From Patescibacteria group bacterium (GTDB taxonomy: Bacteria > Patescibacteriota > Minisyncoccia > Moranbacterales > GWC2-37-73): a stretch of 40,158 bases of DNA. The notes under the pieces are model-generated. The model was given only the letters and a program-made list of their open reading frames with translations. It searched no databases and was not told the origin of the DNA. The translations under genes and the position numbers were made by a program. Positions 1-8,853 of the stretch are shown here, in pieces; within the stretch, counting starts at the first letter, position 1; every line of letters begins with the position of its first letter. Location of the stretch: positions 1-40,158 of the forward strand of contig DASVYU010000021.1 of the NCBI GenBank assembly GCA_036391995.1, in the 5' to 3' direction.

Positions 1-625
1 GGAAGTCATCACGGGTCTCATTAAGGCCAATATTCCGACGCGCATCGCTTTCAAAGTCGCAACGCAGATAGATTCACGTACGATTTTGGATGCTGGCGGA
101 GCTGAAAAGCTTTTGGGAAATGGCGACATGTTGTTCTCTTCCGTGGGTGCTAGCGGCATGAGGCGTCTGCAGGGCGTTTATATTTCCGAAAACGAGGTGC
201 ATCGCGTGGTGGAATTCATCAAGAATCAGAAGTTTGACAAAATGGAAGATGACTTGGAAGATGAGATTGTAGACAGTGGTCCGAAGCGCGACAGGAATGG
301 CAATGGCGAAGTCACCAGCGGTTTTTCAGGAGACAAGATAGATTTTGCCGCCATCGCTTCCAATGACCAAGAGGATGCACTCTATGATGATGCCAAGCAG
401 ATTGTGATCCAAATGAAAAAAGCATCCACCTCTCTGTTGCAAAGAAGATTGCGAGTCGGTTATTCGCGCGCTGCAAGGTTGATCGACATGCTGGAGGACA
501 ATGGCATCATTGGGCCGCAGGATGGAGCCAAACCGCGCGAAGTCTTGGTGGCGGATGGCGAGAATCACACCGGCTATGAAGATGCTATGGGAGACCAAAC
601 AATCAGGGATAAGTGGCAAATGTAA
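1..625 (+). CDS. ftsK: DNA translocase FtsK/SpoIIIE, C-terminal part; the 5' end lies outside the window
   Basis: The frame is open from position 2. The translation carries the FtsK motor end and the gamma winged-helix tail (EVITGLIKANIPTRIAFKVATQIDSRTIL ... LYDDAKQIVIQMKKASTSLLQRRLRVGYSRAARLIDMLEDNGIIGP). Stop at 623-625. Confidence 0.85.
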   Translation, partial: EVITGLIKANIPTRIAFKVATQIDSRTILDAGGAEKLLGNGDMLFSSVGASGMRRLQGVYISENEVHRVVEFIKNQKFDKMEDDLEDEIVDSGPKRDRNGNGEVTSGFSGDKIDFAAIASNDQEDALYDDAKQIVIQMKKASTSLLQRRLRVGYSRAARLIDMLEDNGIIGPQDGAKPREVLVADGENHTGYEDAMGDQTIRDKWQM

Positions 626-1647
626 AAGCTGTATATATGGTAGGATTCACGACTAAAAAAATAGATTCACTGACTCTGGGAGAACGGATGAAAAAAATCC
701 GCAACGAGCACCGATTGAGTATCCAGGATGTTTCCAAAAGCACGAAAATACAAGCAAAATACCTTGAATATTTGGAAGAAGGAGAATATTCCAAGCTTCC
801 TGCTGATGTTTATGTCAAAGGCTTCTTGCGCAGTTACGCGATCAATATGGGACTCAATGAAGCTGCCTTGATCAAGCAATTCGAGCGTGAAAAAGGCATT
901 CACAGGAACATCAAGAAAACGGATGAACCTACAAAGTCCAATAAGCCGATCAAGTCTTCCGGCTTCGTGGTTACACCCAAGCTTATCATCGTAACTTCTG
1001 TCATGGTGGTGTCGCTGGCAAGCTTTCTCTACTTGTATAAGGAAGTGGACAGTTTCGTTTCGACTCCGCGTTTGGCAATCCTTACGCCTAGTGACGGAGC
1101 GACTGCTGACGGCAGCAGCGTGCATGTTGCTGGAGTGGCTGAAAAGGATGCCATGGTCTCAATCAATGATCAAGCTGTGCTTGTCAATGAAAAAGGTGAG
1201 TTCAGCGAGGATGTAGGACTTAAGAATGGTCTCAATACCATCATTGTGAAGGCGCGCAATCGCTTCAATAAACAAGCCACGCAATCCATTTCCGTGAATG
1301 CGCATATAGCAGAAGCAGTGGACAACAACAGTCAGCCTGTACAAATTGATCCGCAGCAAGAACAGATAACAAATGACGGAAGTGCTACTCCGTTTACGAT
1401 TGAAGTTTCAGTCAATCCTGATCCGACTTGGTTGTCGATCGAGGCTGACGGAAACTTGGTGTATAGCGGAGTATTGTTGCCAGGATCTAATCAGACTTTT
1501 TCTGCTCAGCAGATGGTCAGTGTGGCTTCAGGCAAAGGCAATGAGACATTTGTCAAAGTCAACGGCAAGGATATGGGTGCTGTAAGCAGTGAACCTGGTT
1601 CTGTTCGGGATATCCAGTTCAATGCAAGCGGCAAAATAAAGAAATAG
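613..1647 (+). CDS. rodZ: RodZ-like cytoskeleton protein: XRE-type HTH, one TM helix, DUF4115-like C-terminal domain
   Basis: N-terminal HTH (LTLGERMKKIRNEHRLSIQDVSKSTKIQAKYLEYLEEGEYSKLPADVYVKGFLRSYA), a single TM segment (IIVTSVMVVSLASFLYLY) and a RodZ C-domain-like tail. Possible starts are GTG 613, ATG 637 or ATG 688. The start overlaps the ftsK stop. Confidence 0.65.
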   Translation: MANVKAVYMVGFTTKKIDSLTLGERMKKIRNEHRLSIQDVSKSTKIQAKYLEYLEEGEYSKLPADVYVKGFLRSYAINMGLNEAALIKQFEREKGIHRNIKKTDEPTKSNKPIKSSGFVVTPKLIIVTSVMVVSLASFLYLYKEVDSFVSTPRLAILTPSDGATADGSSVHVAGVAEKDAMVSINDQAVLVNEKGEFSEDVGLKNGLNTIIVKARNRFNKQATQSISVNAHIAEAVDNNSQPVQIDPQQEQITNDGSATPFTIEVSVNPDPTWLSIEADGNLVYSGVLLPGSNQTFSAQQMVSVASGKGNETFVKVNGKDMGAVSSEPGSVRDIQFNASGKIKK

Positions 1648-1689
1648 ACAATATTAAACAAAGATTCAAAATGTTAAAAAGAAAATAAT

Positions 1690-2706
1690 ATGGCAAAGAA
1701 AACAACAACAACGAAAGAAATAGCGGAGAAAACAGAAAAAAAGAACGTGGATAAGGTTTTGGAAGACATTCAGGAGAAATTCGGTGAAGGCATGATCATG
1801 AAACTGGGAGATCTGCCCAAGGTGGATGTGGAATCCATTCCGACTGGTTCTGTTTCGCTGGACATCGCAATGGGAATCGGCGGTGTGCCTAGAGGTAGGA
1901 TCATTGAAGTTTATGGACCTGAGTCTTCCGGTAAGACGACTCTGGCTTTGCACATCGTGGCCAATGCTCAGAAAAAAGGTGGTACAGCGGCTTTTGTGGA
2001 TGCCGAGCATGCTTTGGATCCGGAATATGCTAAAAAGATAGGCGTCAACATCAATGAATTGCTCATTTCACAGCCTGATGCTGGCGAGCAGGCCCTGGAC
2101 ATTGTAGAGACGCTTGTGCGTTCCAATGCAGTAGATGTGATTGTGGTGGACTCTGTGGCCGCACTGGTGCCTCGCGCTGAAATCGAGGGCGATATGGGCG
2201 ACCAACATGTGGGAAGACAGGCGCGTCTTATGTCGCAAGCACTTAGAAAACTCACCCCAATCGTTTCTAAGACCAATGTGGTGGTGATTTTCATCAATCA
2301 GATCCGTATGAAGATCGGTGTGATGTTTGGCAATCCGGAAACGACGACTGGCGGTCAAGCGCTCAAGTTCTATTCCTCAGTACGCGTGGAAGTTAGAAAA
2401 GCCGCCCAGATCAAGAAAGGTGAAGATGTGGTGGGCAATCGCGTAAAGATTAAGATCGTGAAGAACAAGGTAGCGCCGCCTTTCAAGACTGCGGAATTCG
2501 ACATCATGTATAACGAAGGCATTTCTTTCACAGGGGACCTTTTGGATGCAGGCGTCAAATATGAAGTGCTCAAAAAATCCGGCAATTCTCTGTCTTATGG
2601 CGAGGAAAAACTTGGCGCTGGACGCGAAGCAGCGAAGGCTTATTTGAAGGAAAATCCGAAAACAGCCGACAAGATCTTCAAGGAGATCATGGCCAAGACC
2701 AAATAG
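1690..2706 (+). CDS. recA: Recombinase RecA
   Basis: Walker A ([12 protein letters not shown]), L1/L2 regions and a full RecA core ([37 protein letters not shown]). No SD upstream. Confidence 0.95.
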   Translation: MAKKTTTTKEIAEKTEKKNVDKVLEDIQEKFGEGMIMKLGDLPKVDVESIPTGSVSLDIAMGIGGVPRGRIIEVYGPESSGKTTLALHIVANAQKKGGTAAFVDAEHALDPEYAKKIGVNINELLISQPDAGEQALDIVETLVRSNAVDVIVVDSVAALVPRAEIEGDMGDQHVGRQARLMSQALRKLTPIVSKTNVVVIFINQIRMKIGVMFGNPETTTGGQALKFYSSVRVEVRKAAQIKKGEDVVGNRVKIKIVKNKVAPPFKTAEFDIMYNEGISFTGDLLDAGVKYEVLKKSGNSLSYGEEKLGAGREAAKAYLKENPKTADKIFKEIMAKTK

Positions 2707-2709
2707 GCT

Positions 2710-2738
2710 TTGACAAAAACATAAAAAAGGAGTATAAT
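2710..2738 (+). promoter_or_regulatory. Perfect-consensus sigma70 promoter: TTGACA, 17 nt spacer, TATAAT
   Basis: TTGACA at 2710-2715, a 17-nt spacer, TATAAT at 2733-2738. The predicted TSS falls at about 2745, which is the A of an ATG. Confidence 0.5.
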
Positions 2739-2744
2739 TGATAT

Positions 2745-2843
2745 ATGCAAATAGTAAAGCGGGCTTGCCTCGCTGAAGTTCTTGAGACGAAAGCGGGTTT
2801 ACCTCGCCGAAGTTAACGAAGGCGGGTGCAAGCCCGCTTTTTT
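2745..2843 (+). ncRNA. Short structured transcript or leader after recA: attenuator-like element, or leaderless 23-codon ORF, ending in an intrinsic terminator
   Basis: Three GCGGG copies (2759-2768 GCGGGCUUGC; about 2793; 2822) compete for a single CCCGC at 2833-2837. The terminator hairpin GCGGGUGCAAGCCCGC plus U6 is at 2822-2843. The alternative is a 10-bp long-range stem GCGGGCUUGC/GCAAGCCCGC. A small ORF, MQIVKRACLAEVLETKAGLPRRS, runs 2745-2816. Confidence 0.35.
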
Positions 2844-2895
2844 CTTTTGGCAAAATATCAGCTATAATAAATCCATAAATCAATAAACAAAAACT

Positions 2896-3786
2896 ATGCC
2901 ACTAATAATCCTGCTGTTCATCATCATTATTGTGTTTATTTTGCCTAACATAAGGATTGTCAAACAGAACACAGTTCTTGTTATTGAGTTTTTGGGAAAA
3001 TACAAGAGAATCATGAGCGCGGGGCTTAATGTGAAAATTCCGCTCTTGGAAAGAGTTGCTAACGAAGTTTCTCTCCGCCAGCAGAATTTTTCAATCGGCG
3101 GCAAATATCCTTCCGCAGACAAAGTTATCGTGGATGTGGCTACCAACCTCATCTATTCTGTTAATCCGACCGAAGAAGGCGTGAAACGCTTTACTTATGT
3201 GTTGCTGGATCCCAAGCAATCCATTGGCGCCATCATTGAAAACTCACTTCGAACATACATTGCCAAGGAAACGCACGAAGGAATCTTGGAGAAAAAAGAA
3301 GAACTGGCCTTGCACATCAAGAGCGATCTGGACAAGCAATTCGCCGAATGGGGTATGCTCATCAGCAGCTTCCAGATCACTAATGTGAATTTCCCATTGG
3401 CCATTACGGACGCCATGTCTGAAGTCGTGGCTTCCCAGCAGCTAAGGAAGGCAGCGGAGAACAAAGGCGAAGCCATCAAAATCCAAGCCATCAAGGAAGC
3501 AGAAGCGGAAAAAGAAAGAAAAAGATTGCAAGGAGAAGGAATTGCGCTGGAACGTGAAGCCATTGCTGAGGGTCTCAAGAAATCCATTGAGACTGTACAG
3601 CAGGTTACCAATCAATCTTCCAGTGAGATTATGGCGATTCTGAGTCTCACTCAATATCTCGATACTTTGAAAGGCGTCGGTTCAAGTGAGAATTCCAAAG
3701 TCATTTTCATGGATACCAACATCCAGAAAACAGGAGATCTCATGCAGCAATTGGTTTCATCTTTGGAGGCTAATAAGCAAAATTAA
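2896..3786 (+). CDS. SPFH/band-7 (stomatin/HflC-like) membrane protein
   Basis: N-terminal TM segment, an SPFH core (VIEFLGKYKRIMSAGLNVKIPLLERV...KVIVDVATNLIYSV...ITNVNFPLAITDAMSEVVASQQLRKAAE) and a coiled-coil tail. Confidence 0.8.
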   Translation: MPLIILLFIIIIVFILPNIRIVKQNTVLVIEFLGKYKRIMSAGLNVKIPLLERVANEVSLRQQNFSIGGKYPSADKVIVDVATNLIYSVNPTEEGVKRFTYVLLDPKQSIGAIIENSLRTYIAKETHEGILEKKEELALHIKSDLDKQFAEWGMLISSFQITNVNFPLAITDAMSEVVASQQLRKAAENKGEAIKIQAIKEAEAEKERKRLQGEGIALEREAIAEGLKKSIETVQQVTNQSSSEIMAILSLTQYLDTLKGVGSSENSKVIFMDTNIQKTGDLMQQLVSSLEANKQN

Positions 3787-3799
3787 TTTTTTTTAAAAA

Positions 3800-4675
3800 A
3801 TGCGAATGCGTAAAATTATTTTGTTTGTTGTGATATTTATAATAATGACTGTGGGCGCAGACAAGTCTAGTGCGTATTATTACGGTTCGCAAGGTTATAG
3901 TTCTACATGGTATCCGGGCGGAATAGGTAGTGGTCTGGATTCTCCTCAGTACACACATTCTTACGGTAGTTCATATTGGAATGCGGCCAATGATCCTACC
4001 TGTGTTTATCATTACTGTTCAAACCCTGGAGAAGATGAACAATACAAAAATGATCAGATCAAATATTATACTGAAAAAGTTACCACTTTTTGTTCTGTCA
4101 CCGGGGATCAGAAAAAATGTGACAAATATTGTGCAAGTTTGAAATCTTATAGTGGCAAAAGTGCGCTTTGTGGAGATGTCATCAAAAAAACATCTCCTGA
4201 CAAAAATGTTGATGCGAACAATGTTTCAACTGAAAAACAGGACAGTGAATCAAAAAAATCGGAAGATGCAAAAAAAGCAGAAGAGGCGAGAAATGCAGAG
4301 ATTGCGCAAAAAGAAAATGATGCGAAAACGGAAGTGCAAAACATGACACAGGAAGGTTCTGATTCAAATGTTCAAGTCACAGATGCGATAAATTCTTTAA
4401 ATAGAACTGGTGCTATTAGAAAGTTTTTTCTGGGCGTTGATATGTCTAAAATTGATAAATTGAAGGAAAGTTTTAGAAAAAACAAAGAAATAATACAACA
4501 GTTAGAATCTGTTTCACAACAAGAAGTTGCAAGTAATAATAGTGAAATAATGAATTCCGTTCAGCAGCAAATTGACGAGCTCAATAAAAGAAATATTTTG
4601 ATAGAAAATGCAATAAATGATAATGAGCTAAAAGTGGGCTTTATTTATTGGTTGAAAGGAATTTTTAGGAAATAA
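3800..4675 (+). CDS. Secreted hypothetical protein: signal peptide, an 8-Cys N-domain, a K/E-rich linker and a coiled-coil C-terminus
   Basis: MRMRKIILFVVIFIIMTVGA signal peptide, then a Cys-rich region (CVYHYCSNPG...FCSVTGDQKKCDKYCASL...ALCGD), then charged, coiled-coil sequence. No recognisable family. Confidence 0.5.
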   Translation: MRMRKIILFVVIFIIMTVGADKSSAYYYGSQGYSSTWYPGGIGSGLDSPQYTHSYGSSYWNAANDPTCVYHYCSNPGEDEQYKNDQIKYYTEKVTTFCSVTGDQKKCDKYCASLKSYSGKSALCGDVIKKTSPDKNVDANNVSTEKQDSESKKSEDAKKAEEARNAEIAQKENDAKTEVQNMTQEGSDSNVQVTDAINSLNRTGAIRKFFLGVDMSKIDKLKESFRKNKEIIQQLESVSQQEVASNNSEIMNSVQQQIDELNKRNILIENAINDNELKVGFIYWLKGIFRK

Positions 4676-4694
4676 TTATTTTTAAAATAAAAAA

Positions 4695-5537
4695 ATGGAA
4701 GAACAGTTTATTCAGCAGGCTGGGGAAAGAAATGGAAACAATAGAATTTTTAAGAGGTTTTTTGAAATCTTCAAGCCTGGTTTTTTAGCTGAAAATTTAG
4801 ACACGATAGACTCTGGCAAGACTTGGAAATTTTGGTTTTTGAGCAACACTTTAGTTGCAATAGTTTTGACAATTATAATAGGATATACCATAAACAAAGG
4901 CATTGATGAAACTGCCAAAGAATTCCTTTTGAAATATCCTAATGCGAAAATATTTGTCAGTGGTGGAAAATTAAGCACTGAGGGCATAGACGAACCAATA
5001 TTTGAAAAATCAGACGATGGATCTGTGTTTGTTTTGGATACGAAAAATCAGAAATACGATGAAACTGTCCTTAGTGATTACAAAAAAGGCGTTTTTATCT
5101 CTTCTGACAAGATTTACAACAAAAAAAGCTCGATAGAAACGCAACAGTATGATATTTCAAAAATAAACAGGAATTTTTCTTTTACTCAAAAAGATCTCCA
5201 ATCAAAAGTTTGGATCTTGAAAGTATTTTTTATAGGCGTAGGCATATTTTTCGGATGGATTTATTTGAATGGTCTTAGATTGATCAGTGCTTTCTGGTGG
5301 GCTTTTTGGTTCTGGCTTCTTGCTGTTATCATGAAAATAGAAGGGGTTGGTTACAAGAATATATATTTTGCCGTGCTTAACTTTTATATCATTCCTCTGG
5401 TAATTTCGCTAGTATTGACGCTGTTTGGTTTGAATGTTGCATTTTTGACAACAATAATATTTTCAATCTTGTTTGTTGTAAATTTCTTGTTTATGAAAAA
5501 AAATCAAAAACAAAAAGAGGTTGTTATTAAAGAGTAA
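4695..5537 (+). CDS. Polytopic membrane protein, hypothetical
   Basis: One TM segment after about 50 aa, a soluble loop of about 120 aa, then 4-5 TM segments (WILKVFFIGVGIFFGWIYL...WWAFWFWLLAVIM...). No family could be assigned with confidence. Confidence 0.5.
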   Translation: MEEQFIQQAGERNGNNRIFKRFFEIFKPGFLAENLDTIDSGKTWKFWFLSNTLVAIVLTIIIGYTINKGIDETAKEFLLKYPNAKIFVSGGKLSTEGIDEPIFEKSDDGSVFVLDTKNQKYDETVLSDYKKGVFISSDKIYNKKSSIETQQYDISKINRNFSFTQKDLQSKVWILKVFFIGVGIFFGWIYLNGLRLISAFWWAFWFWLLAVIMKIEGVGYKNIYFAVLNFYIIPLVISLVLTLFGLNVAFLTTIIFSILFVVNFLFMKKNQKQKEVVIKE

Positions 5538-5611
5538 AATGGGGCGTAAAGAAGTTTTTATTTTATCTTTAAATTAGTTACAATTAATTTATAAATTTTT
5601 AAAACAATAAA

Positions 5612-6646
5612 ATGGAAGAAGGAAATATGGCAAATCCATTCGGAGCGGAGAATGCTTCAGAGGCGCAAACAAGCAGCGAGCAAAAACCTGAGCAAATCGT
5701 GGCGCCGGTTTCACAGGCTGCTGAAGTAAAGTATGCTGGTTTTTGGATTAGGTTGTTAGCTACTATTATAGATTTATTTCTTCCCGGAATTGTTGGAGTT
5801 ATTTTGGGATTTGTGGTTTTGTATATTTCACCAAAAAGTACTGGCAGTATTTATTTGACTATTACAAAGCTTATCATTATATGGGTTTACTATATTTGGA
5901 TGACTAACAAATATCAGGCAACGTTAGGCAAGATGATATTTGGATTAGGGGTTCAAAATAATGAGGGGAAAAAAGTTACTTTGGGGAAAATAGTGCTCAG
6001 GGAAACTATAGGGAAAATTCTTTCATGGATAACTCTTTCAATTGGTTTCATAATGGCTGGATTCACGAGGAGAAAGCAGGCTTTGCATGACAAAATAGCA
6101 GGTACAGTAGTTGTATATAAAGATAGCGGATTCCAGTCTTATTCCGGGCTGGTTTTGGGAGGATTTATTTTGGGAATATTTTCTTTTATTCCAGGTCTCG
6201 GTTTGTTTATTGGAGTTTTGGCTATTATATTTAGCGCAATTGCTTTTTTGGATGCAAAAAAGAATAAAAAACCCGGTAGGCGCATTGCAATAGCTGGAAT
6301 AATTCTTGGAATATTGGGAATAATGTTTACTATAGCACTTTATTCTTCATTGTATTATTTTGGATTTAAGGCTAAATCTGGCCCATTTACTGATATTAAA
6401 ATAGAAACAACAAAAACTATTTTGCAAAATACAGCAGGCTCCTTGGAGCTTTATAAAAAGGAACATGGAAACTATCCTGCTTCCATAAAGGATTTGCAAT
6501 CTGATAACAAAAGCGTTTTTGGAGAAGATTTTTATCAACAGCCACTATATTACAAAGTTTCTGGCGATGGACAATCATACGAGTTAAGAAGTATTGGTCC
6601 AGATGGGCAATATGGAACAGTGGATGATATTATTTTTGGCAAGTAA
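5612..6646 (+). CDS. Fusion protein: RDD-family membrane domain + DUF4190-like TM hairpins + C-terminal type II secretion pseudopilin (GspG-like) globular domain
   Basis: RDD-like N-terminus (YAGFWIRLLATIIDLFLPGIVGVILG). DUF4190-like segments (GLVLGGFILGIFSF...GRRIAIAGIILGILGIMF). The C-terminus matches the GspG C-domain pattern (LELYKKEHGNYPASIKDLQS...YELRSIGPDGQYGTVDDIIF) but has no prepilin leader. The start may be ATG 5627. Confidence 0.6.
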   Translation: MEEGNMANPFGAENASEAQTSSEQKPEQIVAPVSQAAEVKYAGFWIRLLATIIDLFLPGIVGVILGFVVLYISPKSTGSIYLTITKLIIIWVYYIWMTNKYQATLGKMIFGLGVQNNEGKKVTLGKIVLRETIGKILSWITLSIGFIMAGFTRRKQALHDKIAGTVVVYKDSGFQSYSGLVLGGFILGIFSFIPGLGLFIGVLAIIFSAIAFLDAKKNKKPGRRIAIAGIILGILGIMFTIALYSSLYYFGFKAKSGPFTDIKIETTKTILQNTAGSLELYKKEHGNYPASIKDLQSDNKSVFGEDFYQQPLYYKVSGDGQSYELRSIGPDGQYGTVDDIIFGK

Positions 6647-6672
6647 TAAGAAAATACAACTTTATAAACATC

Positions 6673-6702
6673 AAAACCGCTTATTGCAGAGCGGTTTTGT
6701 GT
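6673..6702 (+). terminator. Rho-independent terminator, potentially bidirectional
   Basis: AAAACCGC-ttattgcaga-GCGGTTTT hairpin immediately after the 5612 gene and before the convergent RAYT gene. Confidence 0.5.
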
Positions 6703-7262
6703 TATATGAAGATATTTTCAATGTTGTTTCTGTCACGTTCCCACATTTTGGGATTTGTCTGGATGTATTCGCGGATTTTATTTAACGATTCATCATTACG
6801 GATAATGTGGTCGTAGAAACGTGGTTGCCAGGAGAAATATGTATTGTGCATGGTAGCAAATTTTTTAACGCCCACCTTGAATCCTCTAATAACGGACGCC
6901 AGATTTTCTGATTGTGGTCCAAATTTATTACCATTCACGTGTAGAGACGCAAAATTTTGCGTCTCTACATTTAAATGATTGATGCCATTCCAATTAATTT
7001 TTATAATTCCATGCATGTGGTTTGGCATGATGACAAATTCATCCAAATTTATAAATGGAAAATGGTTTGGAATTTTTTTCCAATATTCTTCTGCAATCTT
7101 TCCAATTTCCGATAGAATAATTTTTCCATCAACAATATCACCGAAAAAATGTTCGCGATCACGCGTACAAATTGTGATGAAATACATTCCATCTTGTGAA
7201 TAATTATATCCTGCCAATCTTGAAGATTTTATTGCGTATTTGTTTTTGAATTTATCATGCAT
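6702..7262 (-). mobile_element. REP-associated tyrosine transposase (RAYT), IS200/IS605-type Y1 HUH transposase
   Basis: HUH motif (MPNHMHGII) and a catalytic Tyr region (WQPRFYDHIIRNDESLNKIREYIQTNP). The N-terminus is typical of RAYTs (RLAGYNYSQDGMYFITICTRDR). The likely start is the ATG at 7262; the ORF tool extended it to 7301. Flanked by REP-like palindromes. Confidence 0.75.
6941..6970. repeat. REP-like 30-bp perfect palindrome, copy A, lying in-frame inside the RAYT CDS
   Basis: tgtagagacgcaaaattttgcgtctctaca, preceded by attcacgtg. It encodes NVETQNFASLHV within the transposase. Confidence 0.8.
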
Positions 7263-7304
7263 AAAAAATAATAAAATCAAAATATATACATATTTTAACA
7301 CAAA

Positions 7305-7330
7305 TAAAATCGGGTTTAAACCCGATTTTA
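7305..7330. repeat. 26-bp perfect palindrome between the RAYT start and efp
   Basis: taaaatcgggtttaaacccgatttta; a hairpin-forming element upstream of the RAYT start. Confidence 0.7.
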
Positions 7331-7336
7331 TTGAAA

Positions 7337-7378
7337 TTCACGTGTGACAGGTAGAGACGCAAAATTTTGCGTCTCTAC
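7337..7378. repeat. REP-like palindrome, copy B, with the same attcacgtg leader
   Basis: attcacgtgtgacag-gtagagacgcaaaattttgcgtctctac. It lies 6 bp from the efp stop codon and could double as the efp terminator hairpin. Confidence 0.8.
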
Positions 7379-7383
7379 AATTA

Positions 7384-7941
7384 TCAGGCGCGGGAAACGT
7401 ACTCTCCTTTTTCCGTGTTGATGATTAACTTGTCTCCTTCGTTGATGAAAAGAGGGGCGCTGACCTTGAGTCCGGTTTCCATGGTCACAACTTTGCCGCC
7501 TGTACCAGCAGTGTCGCCCTTGATTCCTGGAGGAGCTTCCACGACTGTCAGAGTAACTTTGATCGGCAGTTCGATGTTTACTGGATTGCCATTGAAGTTT
7601 AGTACAGTTACTTCGGTGCCTTCCAGAAGATAAAGATAGGCGTCGCCAATCACATCTTTGCTGAAAGTGAACTGCTCATAAGAGCTCATGTCCATGAAGA
7701 CATAACCCTCTGGTTCGTTGTAGAGATATTGAGCTTTGGTTTTGCTCATATCGGCCTCATCTACTTTTTCTGACCCCTGGAAAGTCTTGTCCAACACAGC
7801 TCCAGTCAGCAGGTTTTTGAGCTTGGTACGCAGCACTGCGCCTGCGCGTCCGGTCTTGGAATGCTCATGAGTGAGGACAACATAAGGCTGTCCTTCCCAG
7901 AGAATATTCTTGCCGGATTTGATATCGCTAAGTCCTAGCAT
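7384..7941 (-). CDS. efp: Elongation factor P
   Basis: A full EF-P three-domain sequence (KTGRAGAVLRTKLKNLLTGAVLDKTF...). Confidence 0.9.
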   Translation of the reverse strand: MLGLSDIKSGKNILWEGQPYVVLTHEHSKTGRAGAVLRTKLKNLLTGAVLDKTFQGSEKVDEADMSKTKAQYLYNEPEGYVFMDMSSYEQFTFSKDVIGDAYLYLLEGTEVTVLNFNGNPVNIELPIKVTLTVVEAPPGIKGDTAGTGGKVVTMETGLKVSAPLFINEGDKLIINTEKGEYVSRA

Positions 7942-8042
7942 AGTACTTTTATGTTATGCTAATCCACGAATTTAACACTAATCTGCGAATTACGAATTCG
8001 CAATTAGTGGATTGGCATTTATTTGCGGATTAGTATCTTTGC
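7942..8042. promoter_or_regulatory. Paralogous dyad-symmetric intergenic element E1, upstream of efp
   Basis: Shares a core with 8250-8370 and 8854-8971: atgctaatcNacgaatNNaacactaatctNcgaatt ... aattcgcaNttNgNggattggcatttattNgNggattag. It ends 10-25 nt before the start codon and carries no SD. Confidence 0.6.
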
Positions 8043-8249
8043 TTATTTAACTACAAAAGGTACCAAAGCCATCACGCGAGCGCGCTTGATAGCTTGGGAA
8101 AGCGTTCTTTGGTGCTTCGTGCAGATGCCATGGCGCTTTGGAGGATAGATTTTTCCTTGGCTGTTCATGAAGCGGCGGATGAGGTAAGCATCCTTGTAGT
8201 CGATTTTGTCCATCTTCTGATCACAGAAGTAACAAGTCTTTTTTTCCAT
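8043..8249 (-). CDS. rpsR: 30S ribosomal protein S18
   Basis: The translation (MEKKTCYFCDQKMDKIDYKDAYLIRRFMNSQGKIYPPKRHGICTKHQRTLSQAIKRARVMALVPF) is a full-length S18. Confidence 0.9.
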   Translation of the reverse strand: MEKKTCYFCDQKMDKIDYKDAYLIRRFMNSQGKIYPPKRHGICTKHQRTLSQAIKRARVMALVPFVVK

Positions 8250-8370
8250 AATTCAATGTGATGCTAATCAACGAATGGAACACTAATCTACGAATTGCGA
8301 ATGGATTTCAACAGAATTTATTCGCGATTTGTGGATTGGCATTTATTTGTGGATTCGCATCGTTTATTAT
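8250..8370. promoter_or_regulatory. Paralogous intergenic element E2, upstream of rpsR
   Basis: Same architecture as E1 and E3: two direct ctaatcNacgaat half-sites plus an inverted pair ggattgg/ggattcgca. Confidence 0.6.
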
Positions 8371-8853
8371 TTAAAACGGTACATCCTCGATTCTTACTTC
8401 GTCGGATTCCTCATCCAGATTGATGGTCGGAATCTCTTCTGCTGCTGGAGCTGCAGGTTTGCTAGCAGGCGCTGGAGTCGAGGCTTGTGGGGCAAGGCGA
8501 TTGTAGCTTCCGCTTCCCGCGCCGCTTGGGCGGCTTCCCATTTGCATATTCTCGGCAATTATTTCCGTAGTCCTTCTTTCCACTCCATCTTTGCCAGTGT
8601 AGGCACGTGTCTCTAGGCGTCCTTCGAAATAAGCCTCCTGACCTTTAGTGAGGTATTGGCCGGCTATTTCAGCTAGGCGTCCCCAGATTACGATGTTGTG
8701 GAACTCAGTCTTTTCCTGCTTCTGACCGCTCTTGTCCATCCAGGTGCGTCCGGTGGCTAAACCGACGGTCGCTACCGTCTGTCCTGAAGGAGTGGTGCGG
8801 AGTTCGACGTCACGCGTGAGGCGTCCGATGAGTTGGACTTTGTTCAAATTCAT
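8371..8853 (-). CDS. ssb: Single-stranded DNA-binding protein
   Basis: OB-fold N-domain (MNLNKVQLIGRLTRDVELRTTPSGQTVATVGLATGRTW), a Gly/Pro/Ala-rich linker and an acidic tail ending DEESDEVRIEDVPF. Confidence 0.9.
   Translation of the reverse strand: MNLNKVQLIGRLTRDVELRTTPSGQTVATVGLATGRTWMDKSGQKQEKTEFHNIVIWGRLAEIAGQYLTKGQEAYFEGRLETRAYTGKDGVERRTTEIIAENMQMGSRPSGAGSGSYNRLAPQASTPAPASKPAAPAAEEIPTINLDEESDEVRIEDVPF

Noticed and set aside
3195-3611. A 138-aa antisense ORF within the SPFH gene
   Set aside because: It is embedded antisense in a well-supported gene and has a low-complexity translation.
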